Positions 1 to 11,850 of a stretch of DNA of 64,000 bases are shown piece after piece. The notes beneath the pieces were generated by a model. It had not been told where the DNA came from. It did not search any database and saw only the letters and a list, made by a program, of their open reading frames with translations. The stretch is from positions 357,244,001 through 357,308,000 of the forward strand of contig NC_091470.1 in the NCBI RefSeq assembly GCF_036971445.1, in the 5' to 3' direction. Position numbers and translations under genes: made by a program. The stretch comes from Narcine bancroftii (lineage: Eukaryota). The stretch's first letter is position 1, and each line of letters starts with the position of its first letter.

Positions 1-566
1 CTGAGTGTGAATAATCTGGCTGCACAAATTCTCCATACATTTTTAAAATAATTTTTAAGTTAGTAATACAGTAAAAAAAAAACCCTGTTATTTGGAGTTC
101 AAGCAACTGGAAAAAAAGTGGAAAATAAATGGGAAAAAATGCAAAGTTTAAAATTGGCATGCCTCATCATTATACAGCAAGCAATCTCAAACAACCGGAA
201 AATTCATTTACCTACATCTACCAATCCCCATAGGTGTCAGATACCAAGGGTCTTACTGCACCCTATACTTAATAAAATAAACTAAAATAAACTAAAATAA
301 AATAAACTTTATAAAATACTGTATAGTATCTTTTAATGACTGGATTCAGAATACAATTAATTCTGTGAGGGAAATTATTAAATAAAATGTGAAAGATATA
401 TAGCTATTGCACGTCGAGAGTTGATCATAGGTTACTATAGAAAAAGGTCATTCCTAAAATACAGATACATCAGGAATAGAAACCCTTGCATAACCTGGTG
501 GCTGAATGTATTTCCCAATTTGCACCTTCAAATTACTTTTTCGCTTGAACTAATGTGGCTTTGCAT

Positions 567-660
567 TCTTTCTTCTCTGGCTTGACTTCGCGGACAAAGA
601 TTTTTGGAGGGGTACGTCCACGTCTGCTGCAGGCTCATTGGTGACTGACAAGTCCGATGC
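567..660 (-). mobile_element. RTE LINE 3' end stub
   Basis: Reverse complement of the RTE 3' end seen at 58230-58322. Confidence 0.8.
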
Positions 661-1092
661 AGCATTACCTCTTGGTTAACCACAATCCATCATGATCCCA
701 AGCTTGTCATCTTTGTTACATTAATTAATAGTTCTGCGCAAACATCTCTGCTGACTATAAATGTATTTATAGATCATTGTCCCAATCTTCTGTCCTTTTT
801 GGTTTTAAAAAAAAAATATTTTTCACTTAGGAAAACAACTGAGTTATTGATCACCAACATAATAGACTTTGCTCCTAGTTTATAGATGCTTGAATTTGGA
901 TTGTTTTTACCATTTGAATAAACTACGTGCGTCCAATCACACAACTGAAAGTAATGGGAATAATTGGGGAATTAAAAGGTCATAGGAACAGGTGGGTGAG
1001 TAGAGCAGAGTCTGCACCCAGATCAGCTGTGACCTTATTGAATGATAGAGCAGGCTTGATGGACCTGATGGCCTACCCCAGCTGCTCTTTCT

Positions 1093-2750
1093 TACAGAAC
1101 ATAGAACTTTACAGCACAGCACAACACAAGCCCTTTGGCTCACGATGTTGTGCTGACCGATAGAAAATGAATCAACAAACAAAACATTCCCTACCTTACT
1201 TACACCTATAACCCTCTATTTTTATTGCATTCATGTTCCCATCTAAGAATTTTAAATGTGCCTATTGTACAAGCCTCCACATCACTTATTCCAAGTGGCC
1301 CCTACTCTGTGAAGAAATAAAAGCAAACAAAAACTTGCCCCTGATATCTCCTCTGAACTTTCCTCTCCTCACCTTTTGCAAATGTCTTCCAGTATTTGAT
1401 ACTCTCGCCCGAGGAAAAAGCTGCTTGCTGTCCACCCTACTATGCTTTGCGTAATCTTGTATACCTCCATTGTCACGTCTCATCCTTCACTCTAAAGAGA
1501 AAAGGCCTAGGTCTGTTTCTATCCCATCCTGACCATCTGCATTTTCTGTCTGGGCACTCTCCTGCCAGATGGAATTAACATCGACTTCTCTGCTTTCCCC
1601 TCCCCTTTCCAGTTTATCCAGTTCTCCCCCTCCCTTCCCCCTCCACCAACCTAGCTGTCTCTCTTTCCCCGTCTCTCTTTCCCCTGATCGCTGCTATCCT
1701 CTCCCTCCCTCCCCACCTATCATCTTTTGTCTTTGCCTCCCCCCCCCCCCCGCCAATCCTTTTGTTCAAATGCCTGTTGACATTTGTTCATACCTTAAAG
1801 AGCTCAAGTCTGAAATGTCAGTTATGTATTTTTACTTTTGCAACATAAAGGACACTGTTTGACTAGCTGAGTTTTTCCAGCATGTTTTTTTTAAAACCTC
1901 TGTTAACCTTGCTTCAGAAGACACATTCTCTCCTCGAGGCATCATCCTCATAAATCTCCTGTGCACACTTTCTAGAGCTTCCACATCCTTCCTGTACTGA
2001 GATGCCTAGAACTGAACACAATATTCCAAGTGTGGTCTCACCAGAGTTTTAGTAAAAACACAATGTTGGAGAAATTCAGCAGGTCTGCAACATTTCCTCA
2101 TGACTCTTGAACTCAATCCCTTGACTCATGAAGGACAATACCATAAGCCTTCTTAGTTAGCTACCTTATAAACCTGCACAGAACCTTGATAGATTTATGG
2201 ATTTGGACCCCAAGTTCCCTCTGTTCCATGTTCTTATAAATCCTGCTATTAAACATATACTTTGGCTTCAGGTTTGATCTTCCAAAATGCATCACTTCAC
2301 AATTATCCAGATTAAACTCCATCTGCCACTTTTCTATATCCTGTTGTGATCTACGACCATCTTCCACACTGTTCACAATGTTCCCAATCGTCATGTCATA
2401 TGCAAACTTACTGACCCATCCCTCTGTTTTTTTCTGGTCATTTATAAAAACCACAAAGAGCAGGGGGCCAGAACAAATCTCTACAGAAGTCCACAGGCCA
2501 CTGACCTCCAGGCAGAATGTGTTACATCTACTACTACCCTCTGCCTTTTGTAGGCAAGCCAATTTTGAATCCACACAGCTCAGATTCCATGGATCCCATG
2601 CCTCATGACTTTCTGAATAAGTCAAATGCCTTATTAAAATCTATATATACCACATCTACCACCCTCCCTTCATCCAATTCTTTTGTTACTTCCTCAAAAA
2701 AGCTTGATTAGGCTCGTGAGGCATGATCTACCCCCCACAAAGTCTTGCTA
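1093..2750 (-). mobile_element. Decayed CR1 LINE 3' portion with nested SINE-like insert (~1530-1895)
   Basis: GPLLFVVFIND, WQMEFNLDNCEVMHFG; CR1-type tail at ~1095-1160. Confidence 0.75.
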
Positions 2751-3072
2751 TCCCTGTGAAGACTTTACAAGATTGTATAAAAAGGGGGAGAAATCAGCAT
2801 ACAGGAGAGAGATTGAAAGCTTGGCTGAATGGTCTACAACAACAACAACCTCGCATTCAATGTCACCAAAACTAAGAAGCTGATTGTAGACTTTGGAGTG
2901 TACATTCCAGTGGTAATTGGAGGATCAGAGGTGGAGAAGGTGAGTAAATTTAAATTCCTGAGAGTCTCTTGCTGAATCCAATGCACTAATGTCATCGTGA
3001 ATGAAGAAAAATGTCAGCACTCGTACTTCCTCAAGAGTTTGCGGAGGCTTGGTACAACAGCAAAAAACCCTA

Positions 3073-3198
3073 GCAAACTTTGACAGATGTAATGCAAACT
3101 TCAACAGATGTAATGCAAACTTCGACAGATGTAATGCAAACTTTGACAGATGTAATGCAAACTTCGACAGATGTAATGTAAACTTCGACAGATGTAAT
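3073..3198 (+). repeat. Minisatellite, 6 x 21 bp (GCAAACTTYGACAGATGTAAT), inside a Rex1-like fragment (~2755-3230)
   Basis: Direct inspection. Confidence 0.95.
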
Positions 3199-4470
3199 GG
3201 CCACAATGTGTACTGATGTTGGTCTCCCCTTGTTCCTAATATCACTTGTATTGAAATAAAGACATTTCATATCCTCCAACTGAATACAATTATTATGCTC
3301 CCTGCCCCTGCTCTTTCCTCTGCCTTCTCTTACTGGTTCCCATCTCCCTGCCAAACTTGTTTTAACCTCCAGAGCAGCACTAGAAAGCCTTCCAACAATG
3401 ATATTGATTCCCACCCCCCCCCCCCCCCCCCCCCCCTCCAGTTCAGATGCAAACTGTTCTGCTAATACAGGCCCCACCTTGCCTGGAAGAGTGCCCAATG
3501 ATCCAGAAATCTGAAGGCCTCCATCTCTTTAGCCACCTGATAAGATGCATTATCCTCCTTTTTCTAACTTCATTTGCATGGTGAACGTTCCTGAGAATGT
3601 TGGCACCTCACCCCCTTAACTCTCTTTGCAGGACCTCAACACCCTTCCTAGCCATGCCATTGGACTAGGATATCTGCCTTCCCTCCTGAGAATGCCATGA
3701 ACTCGATCTGAGATATTCCAGTTCTGGTGGAAGCCTCCATTCCACAAGATAAAAGCATGCTCTTTTGAATCCTTTATCTTGACAGGTTTGCATAAAAGTC
3801 GTGTTTTGTTTTTCTCTTTAATCTCAAAGTATTACATGTGCTATTTCCAAAAAGATAACTAGTGTAGAATAATATCTTTTTCAGTCTTGTAACTATCCAC
3901 TCAGCTTTTGCAAATGCAAAATGAAACTGTCCTGCTTTCATAGAATGGAGTATTTGAAAGAAGTAGTTAAGAAATCCCACAGCTACCAATACTGAAATCC
4001 AAGTCATAAAGTGGAGAATGGGAGTCATTATGTTAGAGGTGAAGGATAGATGGAACCCAGTTGGAAGGAAGGGGGTAAAATATGAATAATAGGTGGAAAA
4101 AAAGCAGAAGGGAGAGAGAGGTGGAGACAGAATGGAAAAGGGAACAAACCTCGGAGGACCAAAGGAATGGATCAGGTGTAGAGCCAAGGGGAAAAGAGGA
4201 GGGAATTTCTCCACTGAGCTGTACCTATGCATCAATTTTTACTCCTCCTTGCTCCACCTGTCACGTACTGGGTCCTGGCTTTCCTTCTCTTCATTTACGC
4301 TAGCTATCTTCCATCTCTCCTGATGAAAGTCTCAACCTGAAATCATTACTGTTCCTTTTACCCCCTTCTCAGACTGCTGAATTTTGTTCTCTCAGCATCT
4401 GTTGTTTCAATGTGACTAAATGATAATGAAGCAGTTACAGGATTTTGGATTTTAATGATTTTTGGTGTAT

Positions 4471-4896
4471 TGTTAAAGTCGATCCGCGTTGTAATAAAAC
4501 AAACAACTGCAGAACCAAAGAGCATACAAACACGTCTTTATTGCATTATGCTAGCGGGAGTGAGGAGTACAAAGAAAGAGTAAACAATGTAACCCATGCT
4601 TTTCACTGATCCCCACTCAGAGTACACAGTATCCTTGCAGAACTTCTGTTGGCCCTTAGACAGTTGCCTACATGCAGTTCTACATATTTTTTACTATTGG
4701 CAATCTTATGTTCTTGCAACTTCTGTTCTTCACAGCTACTTCTGTCCTTCACCGTTTCTGTAACTTGGAACCCAGCAACTTTCTGATAAACCATATCTCT
4801 CGCTTAATACTCCCATCCCAGTCATGCTATGCTCTGCAGTGTGGACTCTTTAATCTACTAAAGCATTAACTCTTTGTTGGCCAACTTACCACAGCA
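4471..4896 (-). repeat. Putative 3' LTR of the ERV
   Basis: On - strand: PPT GGGAAGGGGG (4910-4901), TG start near 4896, AATAAA (~4544-4539), ends ...GACTTTAACA at 4471; no partner 5' LTR seen. Confidence 0.55.
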
Positions 4897-5239
4897 GAAG
4901 CCCCCTTCCCATAATTATTCCATGATAACTTATTTGGTTTACCTTCCTATTCTACATCCTGTTGGCGACTATTCACATGACCTGTAATCTGCAGGCTTCA
5001 GCAATATATATAGCTTGAGTTTTGAGAAAAGGATGGTCTCGGTTCTTGCTTCTTGCAGCTGTGCTACCAAAAGAAAACAGTTTCTTTAACCGATACTAGT
5101 ATTTTCCCAGAAAAAATATTCTTTTTTAAACCTTCTCTTACTGCTCTAATTTATAGAAAGGATATAAGCAAATAAAGCAAATCTAATCTGTAATCTATAA
5201 TATCGTGATAATATAACGTTAGTTGTAAGGCATGAATGG

Positions 5240-5795
5240 ATCATACAAAAGAATCGCAAAACAAAACAACACAACCAATAGAGTGATGGCTAGGATGCAT
5301 AATTCCTGAGTAAATGCTGTTGTCCATCCCTTAAAAGGTCACCAAGATGGTCTCAGGGGGGTTGTAATTGTGGAATTGTTTTCCTACTTTCTGCACCTCA
5401 TATATCTGTTTTTGATGTGGTTTGCAAAATGGGTAATATTTTCTGAAGTGTTGGATACAAATACAACATTCCTGTCCTACTCCTTCTTTTTCTGCCAAAA
5501 GTAAATCTAAAGCTAATCGGTTTTGTCAGGCCTCTGTTCATATGGCCGCTACTTCAGGGTTGAGTTTGTGAATTTGGGTCTGTTTGTTTTCCTCAATCCA
5601 AGCTGTTATAACACGCAGAGTCCAGTTGGAGTGACATCTCCATGCTAGATGTTCTGTATCGTTAAAGGGTATTGCTACCATAGGAAACACTTGATCACTA
5701 TAGTTCGGCATATGGGTACAGGCCCAACAGTGGGACACAGTTAGAGTTTCAACATACATTAAGGACATGAGTAAATAAGTATTGTCATACAGTAA
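5240..5795 (-). pseudogene. ERV env remnant, internally deleted (signal-peptide part at ~8190-8280, split off by CR1)
   Basis: SU motif HCWACTHMP...PMVAIPFN; TM immunosuppressive domain QNRLALDLLLAEKEG (5525-5481) followed by ECC; hydrophobic anchor LCILAITLLVVLFCFAILL. Confidence 0.85.
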
Positions 5796-8189
5796 GAGGG
5801 CTGGATGGACTAGAGTTTGTCAAATGTGTGCAAGATAGTTTTCTTAATCAATATGTAGAGGAACCAACTCGGGACGGTGTAATACTGGATCTCCTGTTAG
5901 GGAAAGTGATAGGTCAGGTATCTGAGGTTAATGATGGAGAGCAAATTGGGTCTAGTGATCACAACTCTATCAATATAAGGGTAGTTTTAGGGAAGAGCAA
6001 AGAAGGGCCTAAAGTTGAGGTTCTGGATTGGAGAAAAGCAAATCTCGAAGGAATAAGAATGGCTTTGGGGAGTATTGAGTGGGACATGATTTTTTTCAGG
6101 AAAGGATGTAAATGAAAAATGGAGAATATTCAAAAAAGAAATTTTGAGAGAACAGAGTAGATATGTCCCAGTGAGGATCAAAGGAAAGTCTGGAAGTCAT
6201 AGGGAGCCTTGGTTTTCAAGGAATATTAGAAATTTGGTTAGGAGAAAGAGGGAGGTGTACAAGAGGTATAAACAGCAGGGTGCTGAGAAATTAAAAGAGG
6301 ACTACAAGGAGTGTAGAAAAAATCTTAAGAAAGAAATTAGAAAGGCCAAAAAGAGGCACGAAGAGGCTTTGGCAGACAGAGTAAGAATAAATCCAAAGGG
6401 TTTCTATAGGTACATTAAAAGTAAAAGATTAGTGAGGGGTAGAATTGGACCCCTTGTAGATAGTGAGGGTAGGCTGAGTGAGAAGTCAGAGGAAAGGGGG
6501 AAATTTTAAATGATTTCTTTTCCTCGGTATTCACTAGGGAAAAAAAATATTGTACCAGTTGAAGTGGAGGAAAATAGTGGGGAGGTTGTGAATCATATAA
6601 GGATAACTGAGGAGGTAGTGATGGCAGTGTTAAAAAAGATAAAGGTGGACAAATCTCCGGGTCCGGACAATGTATTCCCAAGGACACTCAGGGAGGCTAG
6701 TGTACAGATAGTAGGGCCATTAACAGAGATATTTAGGATGTCTCTGGTCACGGGGGTAGTGCCAGAGGATTGGAGGGTGGCTCATGTTGTTCCGCTGTTT
6801 AAAAAAGGGTCCAAATGTAAGCCAGGAAATTATAGACCTGTGAGTCTGACGTCTGTAGTGGGTAAGTTGATGGAAAGTGTTCTGAGGGATGGCATTTACA
6901 AATATTTGGAAGAACAGGTAGTAGTCAGCATGGTTTTGTCAGGGGTAGATCATGCTTAACAAACCTTATAGAGTTTTTTGAGGGGGTTACAAAAAAGATT
7001 GATGAAGGGAAGGCTGTGGATGTTGTCTATTTAGACTTTAGTAAAAAGTTCCCCACAGGAGGTTAGGAAAAAAGGTGGAAGCATTAGGTATAAATAAGGA
7101 GGTAGTGAAATGGATTCAGCAATGGATGGATGGGAGGTGTCAGAGAGTACTGGTAGAAAGTTGTTTGTCCAATTGGAGGCCGGTGACTAGTGGAGTTCCT
7201 CAGGGATCGGTCCTGGGTCCACGATTGTTTGTTATATATATTAACGATCTGGAAGTAGGGGTGGTGAATTGGATAAGTAAGATGATACAAAGATTGGTGG
7301 TATTGTGGACAGTGAGGAAGATTACCGTAGCTTAAAAAGAGATATAGGAAAGCTAGAGGAGTGGGCTGAGAAATGGCTGATGGAATTTAATACAGATAAG
7401 TGTGAAGTGTTGCATTTTGGAAAGGCAAATCTAAATAGGTCATATACATTGAATAGTAGACAATTGAGGAGTGCAGAGCAACAAAGGGATTTAGGAGTGA
7501 TGGTAAATAGTACCCTCAAAGTTGATACTCAGGTAGATAGAGGGGTAAAGAAGGCATTTGGAATGTTGGCCTTCATAAATTGGAGTATTGAATTCAAGAG
7601 TTGGGATGTTATGATGAAATTGTACAAAGCATTGGTGAGGCTAAGTTTGGAATACTGTGTGCAGTTTTGTCACCGAATTATAGGAAGGATACAAACAAAA
7701 TAGAGAGAGTGCAGAGAAGGTTCACGAGAATGTTGACAGGATGTCAAGGTTTGAGTTACAGAGAAAGGTTGAGCAGCCTGGGGCTTTTTTCTCTGGAGCG
7801 TAGAAGATTGAGGGGGGATTTGATAGAGATGTTCAAGATTTTAAAAGGGACAGAGAGAGTCAACGTGGATAGGCTTTTTCAATTAAGAGTGGGGGGATAT
7901 TCAAACCAGAAGCCATGGTTTTAGATTGCAGGGGGAAAATTATAAGGGGAACATGAGGGGAAATTTCTTCACACAATGGATGGTTGGGATGTGGAATAAG
8001 CTTCCAGCAGAGGTGGTTGAAGCAAGGACGTTATTTACATTTAAGAAAGACTGGATAATTACATGGAGGGGAGAGGATTGGAGGGGTATGGACCACGTGC
8101 TGGTCAGTGGGACTAGGAGGGTGGGGATTTGTTCCGGCATGGACTAGTAGGGCCAAACTGGCCTGTTCTGTGTTGTATATGGTTATATG
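5796..8189 (+). mobile_element. CR1 LINE, 5'-truncated ORF2 with frameshifts, inserted in the ERV env
   Basis: [47 protein letters not shown] motifs; CR1-type 3' tail. Confidence 0.93.
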
Positions 8190-8279
8190 CCATGTCTGGT
8201 TTGGAGTCTCTATCAAGTCACTCACTACTGGGATGCCCAAAGCACCTATAAGTATAATAATTGTCTTCTGTTATGTCAT

Positions 8280-9313
8280 GCTATCTTTTTTCCAGGGCCA
8301 ATCTTTTTACAGTTGGTGTGATGTATCCACCAAGATTGCCCCTCAACCTTTACTGCAATGGGTTTGGTGTGTAATACTTGCAAGGGGCCCTTCCCAATTC
8401 CTTATCAGAACATAATCTCAGGGCTGGATTTTCGGTAAGGGCCCTTCCATGTTGTCCTTTTTTCTGTGAGCGTTACGTACCTGCGCATGCAAAGTCTCAA
8501 CAATTTCAGTTCGTTCTTTCACTTAAGGGCATGCAAATCAAGACACACTTCTACATTTTTATCTGCTGTCCAGGGTGTACGCAGCAGTTTTCCAAACAAT
8601 ATTTTTGCCAGGATTAGTCCTGTGCTAGTGTGTGGTGTTATTCTCTTTTCAAAAATGGCCAGCGGGAGTCCTTTTAACCAGTTTAGTTCTGTTTCTTCAG
8701 TTAGTTTGGCCAACTTATTGTTTAATGCTCCATTTGTTCTTCCCATAATTCCAGCTGCCTGTTAAATTGCTGTTTTATTCTCAGATGGTGGCATAGCTCT
8801 TCATTTACTTCAGCAGTAAATGCAGCCCATTTTCTGAGCTAATACTAGTCGGGGATCTAAATTGGGGTATTATTTCCTGTAATATAATTCCTACCGTTGC
8901 TTCTGCTGTCATGTTTACTGTTAGTAATGCCTCTATCCATCTATTGAAAAAATCAATAACAACAAAACAGTACTTATAGCTGTGTATGCTAGGCAATTCT
9001 ATAAAATCAATCTGTACACACTCAAAAGGTCCTGTAGGCATTCGTGTCCTACCCGGAGGGCACTTAATTGCTTTGCCAGGATTATTTTTCTGACAGATAA
9101 TACATTCCTATGCCTTTCTTTCTTTGTACCGCTTTTCTTAAATTAGGGTGCCACCACATTTGTAATGTCCCTCCTACTATTCCCTCCTGACCCAAATAAT
9201 TAATGTATATAATTCATTGATATAGGTGAAAATGCATCAGGTACACAAAGTTGTCCAGCAGCGGTGGTCCATAACTGAGCATCGGGATTTTTGGTGCACC
9301 CATGCTGTTTCCA
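8280..9313 (-). pseudogene. ERV integrase remnant
   Basis: WWHP..CIICQKNNPGK zinc-finger part; PTGPFECVQIDFIELP..VIDFFNRWIEA core; RTNGALNNKLAKL..W..LPLA; C-terminal QVLHTKPIAVKVEG..WIH. Confidence 0.88.
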
Positions 9314-10026
9314 AGTCAAGTCAAGTCGTGTTTATTTGTTGTTCACACCATTAACATTGCAGTGTACAGTGAAAAACGAGATAGCTTTTCTCCAGACCGT
9401 GGAGCTAGTTATTTATATTGATGAATTACATCAGAAACTTTTTTATAAATAATGTATCACATAAATATCATTACAAATGCTTGCCTGGAGTTCAGAAGCC
9501 TCACGGATTGGGGGAGAAAGCTGGTCGTGAGGGCCCCAACGCTTCGGTACCTCTTCCCGGATGGCAGGAGGGAGAAAAGATTGTGGGAGGGGTGTGTGGA
9601 GTCCTTCACAATGTTTATAGCTTTCTGCAAACAATGGCCATTATAAATGTCCCATCATGGCAGGGAGAGAGACACCAATGATCCCCTCAGCAGTCCTTAC
9701 TATCCACTGCAGGGACTTGTGTTCTGAGATGGTATAGTTCCTGAACCAGGCAGTGATGCAGTTACATAGGATGCTCTCAATTCTGCCCTGTAGAATATAG
9801 TGAGGGTGGAAGCTGAACTTTCCTCAACCTCCACAAGAAGTAAAGGCATTGTTGGGCTGGCTTGGCAATGGATCTGGTGTTGGAGGACCAGGAGTAATTC
9901 TCCACACACCAAGGAATTTGGTGCTCTTGACTACCTCGATGGTGGAGCCGTTGATGGTCAGTGGAGAGTGATCTCCCCCACCCCCCACTCCAACCCCAGG
10001 CTCTGCTGAAGTCCACCACCACCTCC
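9314..10026 (-). mobile_element. Rex1/Babar-like LINE 3' fragment inserted in ERV pol
   Basis: EVVVDF..., IEVVKSTKFLGV, LYFLWRL; short tandem tail (caagt)n at 9312-9327. Confidence 0.75.
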
Positions 10027-10460
10027 AAAGTTGCAAGTTCAAGTTGATTTGCAGGGGCATCCCCATGTCAGGCAGGGTCTGTCTATTCAACAGTTGTTTG
10101 TCGTCATCTGAATATGGATAGCAGGAGCCTTTATGGTTACATCCGCTTGGGCATTCTCCAGGGAAACGAGGTCCTAGGCATCACACTTAATCATGGCCAG
10201 GTGGGAAGGTTAGGACAGAGAAGCCAACAGGTTGGACACAAACGTTGCAGTTTTAAGAAGGGCACCCGAGGAGGTCAAGAATCCACGATACTGCCACAAA
10301 ATTCCAAAATCATGGGCAACTCCAAATATGTATCGCAAGTCTGTGTAAACGTTAAAGGGTATATCCTTTAATGCAGGAGCGTGTTAGTAGAAAGAGTTCA
10401 GCTTGTTGTGCAGAGTGGAGGTGATGGAATGCCTCTACCACTGTATCAGTATCTCATTAG
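10027..10460 (-). pseudogene. ERV pol RNase H remnant
   Basis: HSAQQAELFLLTRSC, FNVYTDLRYIFGVAHDFGILWQYRGFLTSSG and ENAQAD motifs typical of class I retroviral RNase H. Confidence 0.85.
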
Positions 10461-10502
10461 GGACTGGCAAGTGTGATTATTTTTGGGCACTTTTTATTCC
10501 TA

Positions 10503-11188
10503 GAAAAGCTGACCTGTATCTTCTGATGGCAGTGGTTCAGGTACATGCATCCCTGCTTCATAATCAAAACTAAATTTCTCTACCAATACCACACCTCCTT
10601 GTTCTTTTAGCCTAATTGCTGCGTGATAAAATATTGTGCCTTTGGCATTGTACTGAAAGCAATTGTTCACAATCAAATTAAAATCTTCTTCAAATTGGTC
10701 AAACGTCCGATATCGATAGCCTTCAAGCTATTTCTTCATTGTTTGGTAGTCCATTGGCATTTTGATGTGATCCAAATAATCTTTTAATGGCGCAGGTTCA
10801 CCAAAGATGTTTCCTGTGTCTGTCTTCTGTAGCTGTTCCAACGTGAGGATAAGGAAGGGGGTCAACTGTAGCTCCATTGCAAACTGCTATATCTTGACCT
10901 CCTCACTCTTTAGCTTTTCCCTTTTCCAGATTAACTTGATGAGGAGCCATGCTCTTTCTAAGTCATGCTGCAGTCACTGCCAAGATTCAACTGCTCTTTT
11001 AGTGCACAATTTTTCTCCTCTGATTCTCCTTTCTCTGCATTTCACGGAGACTGCAAGTGGGACTGTAAACGCCGAGGAAGTGGAACACCATTTCTTGACT
11101 GTCGCTTTAATGCCCAATAGCTGTGAAGCCTCTGCATGAATTGGCTTTTATGTTTAATTGATAGTCGACCTGTGATCTTACTTAATCT
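10503..11188 (-). pseudogene. BRPF1: Intronless, decayed BRPF1 (peregrin) cDNA fragment: EPC-II/coiled-coil region and bromodomain
   Basis: Manual translation: [47 protein letters not shown]...HDLERAWLLIKLIWKREKLK...[41 protein letters not shown]...[34 protein letters not shown]...GMHVP; four internal stops and one frameshift. Confidence 0.92.
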
Positions 11189-11189
11189 G

Positions 11190-11850
11190 CCAATTTAATT
11201 CTACAAAGCTCTAGTGAAGCAGATCTCATTTTTGTTTCTGACACATTATAGCTTTCTGTTAGATCTGGGCTTTGTTTTTACACGTTCAGCTTCTCCTCCT
11301 CCTTCATCGAAACTAGTGAGAGACTGGTCTTGGTGGGGGGGCTGGGGGAGGTTGGTTGCTGTAGTGGGGGTTGTGATGGCTGGGGTACATATGGGGGTGG
11401 TCTTGCCAACAAGGAATCTTCCAATTCCTCCTCATTCTGCAAGAATAGGGTCGCCATGCCCAACAACGGGTCACCTTGTTCCTAACGTTGCCATATATTT
11501 CTCTACCTTCGGGTCACCCTCCTTTATACATACTGCTATCCCTCTTCTATTTGCTTTGTCACTCCAACTATGTGCCTTTGTCCTCTCTCATTATTTTACG
11601 CCTTCCTCTTTCCATTCTTTTATTTGTTTTTTCCACTTTTTCCCTACATTCTTTTCCCATAATTTTTCTGCTTTCTCTATCACCCTCACTGACCACATGT
11701 CACCAATCAACCATTCTTCGTTGCCTAACCTTTAAAAAAAAATGCTGCTGACATTTGTCGATATTCCTTTTGATGTTTTGGGTGCAAATCACACATTTGT
11801 TGTACCGGCCTCTTCATCCTTTTTAAAACCTGTAGGGGCTGTTGGCATAA
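11190..11850 (-). pseudogene. ERV gag N-terminal remnant (matrix-like region and PPPY late domain)
   Basis: Basic W-rich segment RLGNEEWLIGDMWSVRVIEKAEKLWEKNVGKKWKKQIKEWKEEG followed by LLARPPPYVPQPSQPP; upstream of pol remnants on the same strand. Confidence 0.6.

Larger units (their letters stand above)
4471..11850 (-). mobile_element. Degenerate class I (gamma/epsilon-like) endogenous retrovirus carrying a host BRPF1 insert; interrupted by CR1 and Rex1-like LINEs
   Basis: Colinear - strand remnants: gag with PPPY, RNase H (SAQQAEL; YTDLRYIFGVAHDFGILWQYRGFLTSSG), integrase (CIIC; QIDFIELP), env (CWAC; QNRLALDLLLA), PPT and LTR-like end. Confidence 0.85.

Noticed and set aside
3001-3498. 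ORFs with repeating peptides (NANFDRC, LHLSKFA, VCITSVE); superficially array-like
   Set aside because: Products of a 21-bp minisatellite with no spacers; not CRISPR or a real protein
10503-11188. Functional nested BRPF1 gene
   Set aside because: Several stops, a frameshift, small deletions, no introns and partial length
11214-11735. 173-aa hydrophobic + strand ORF
   Set aside because: Antisense shadow of the purine-rich gag remnant
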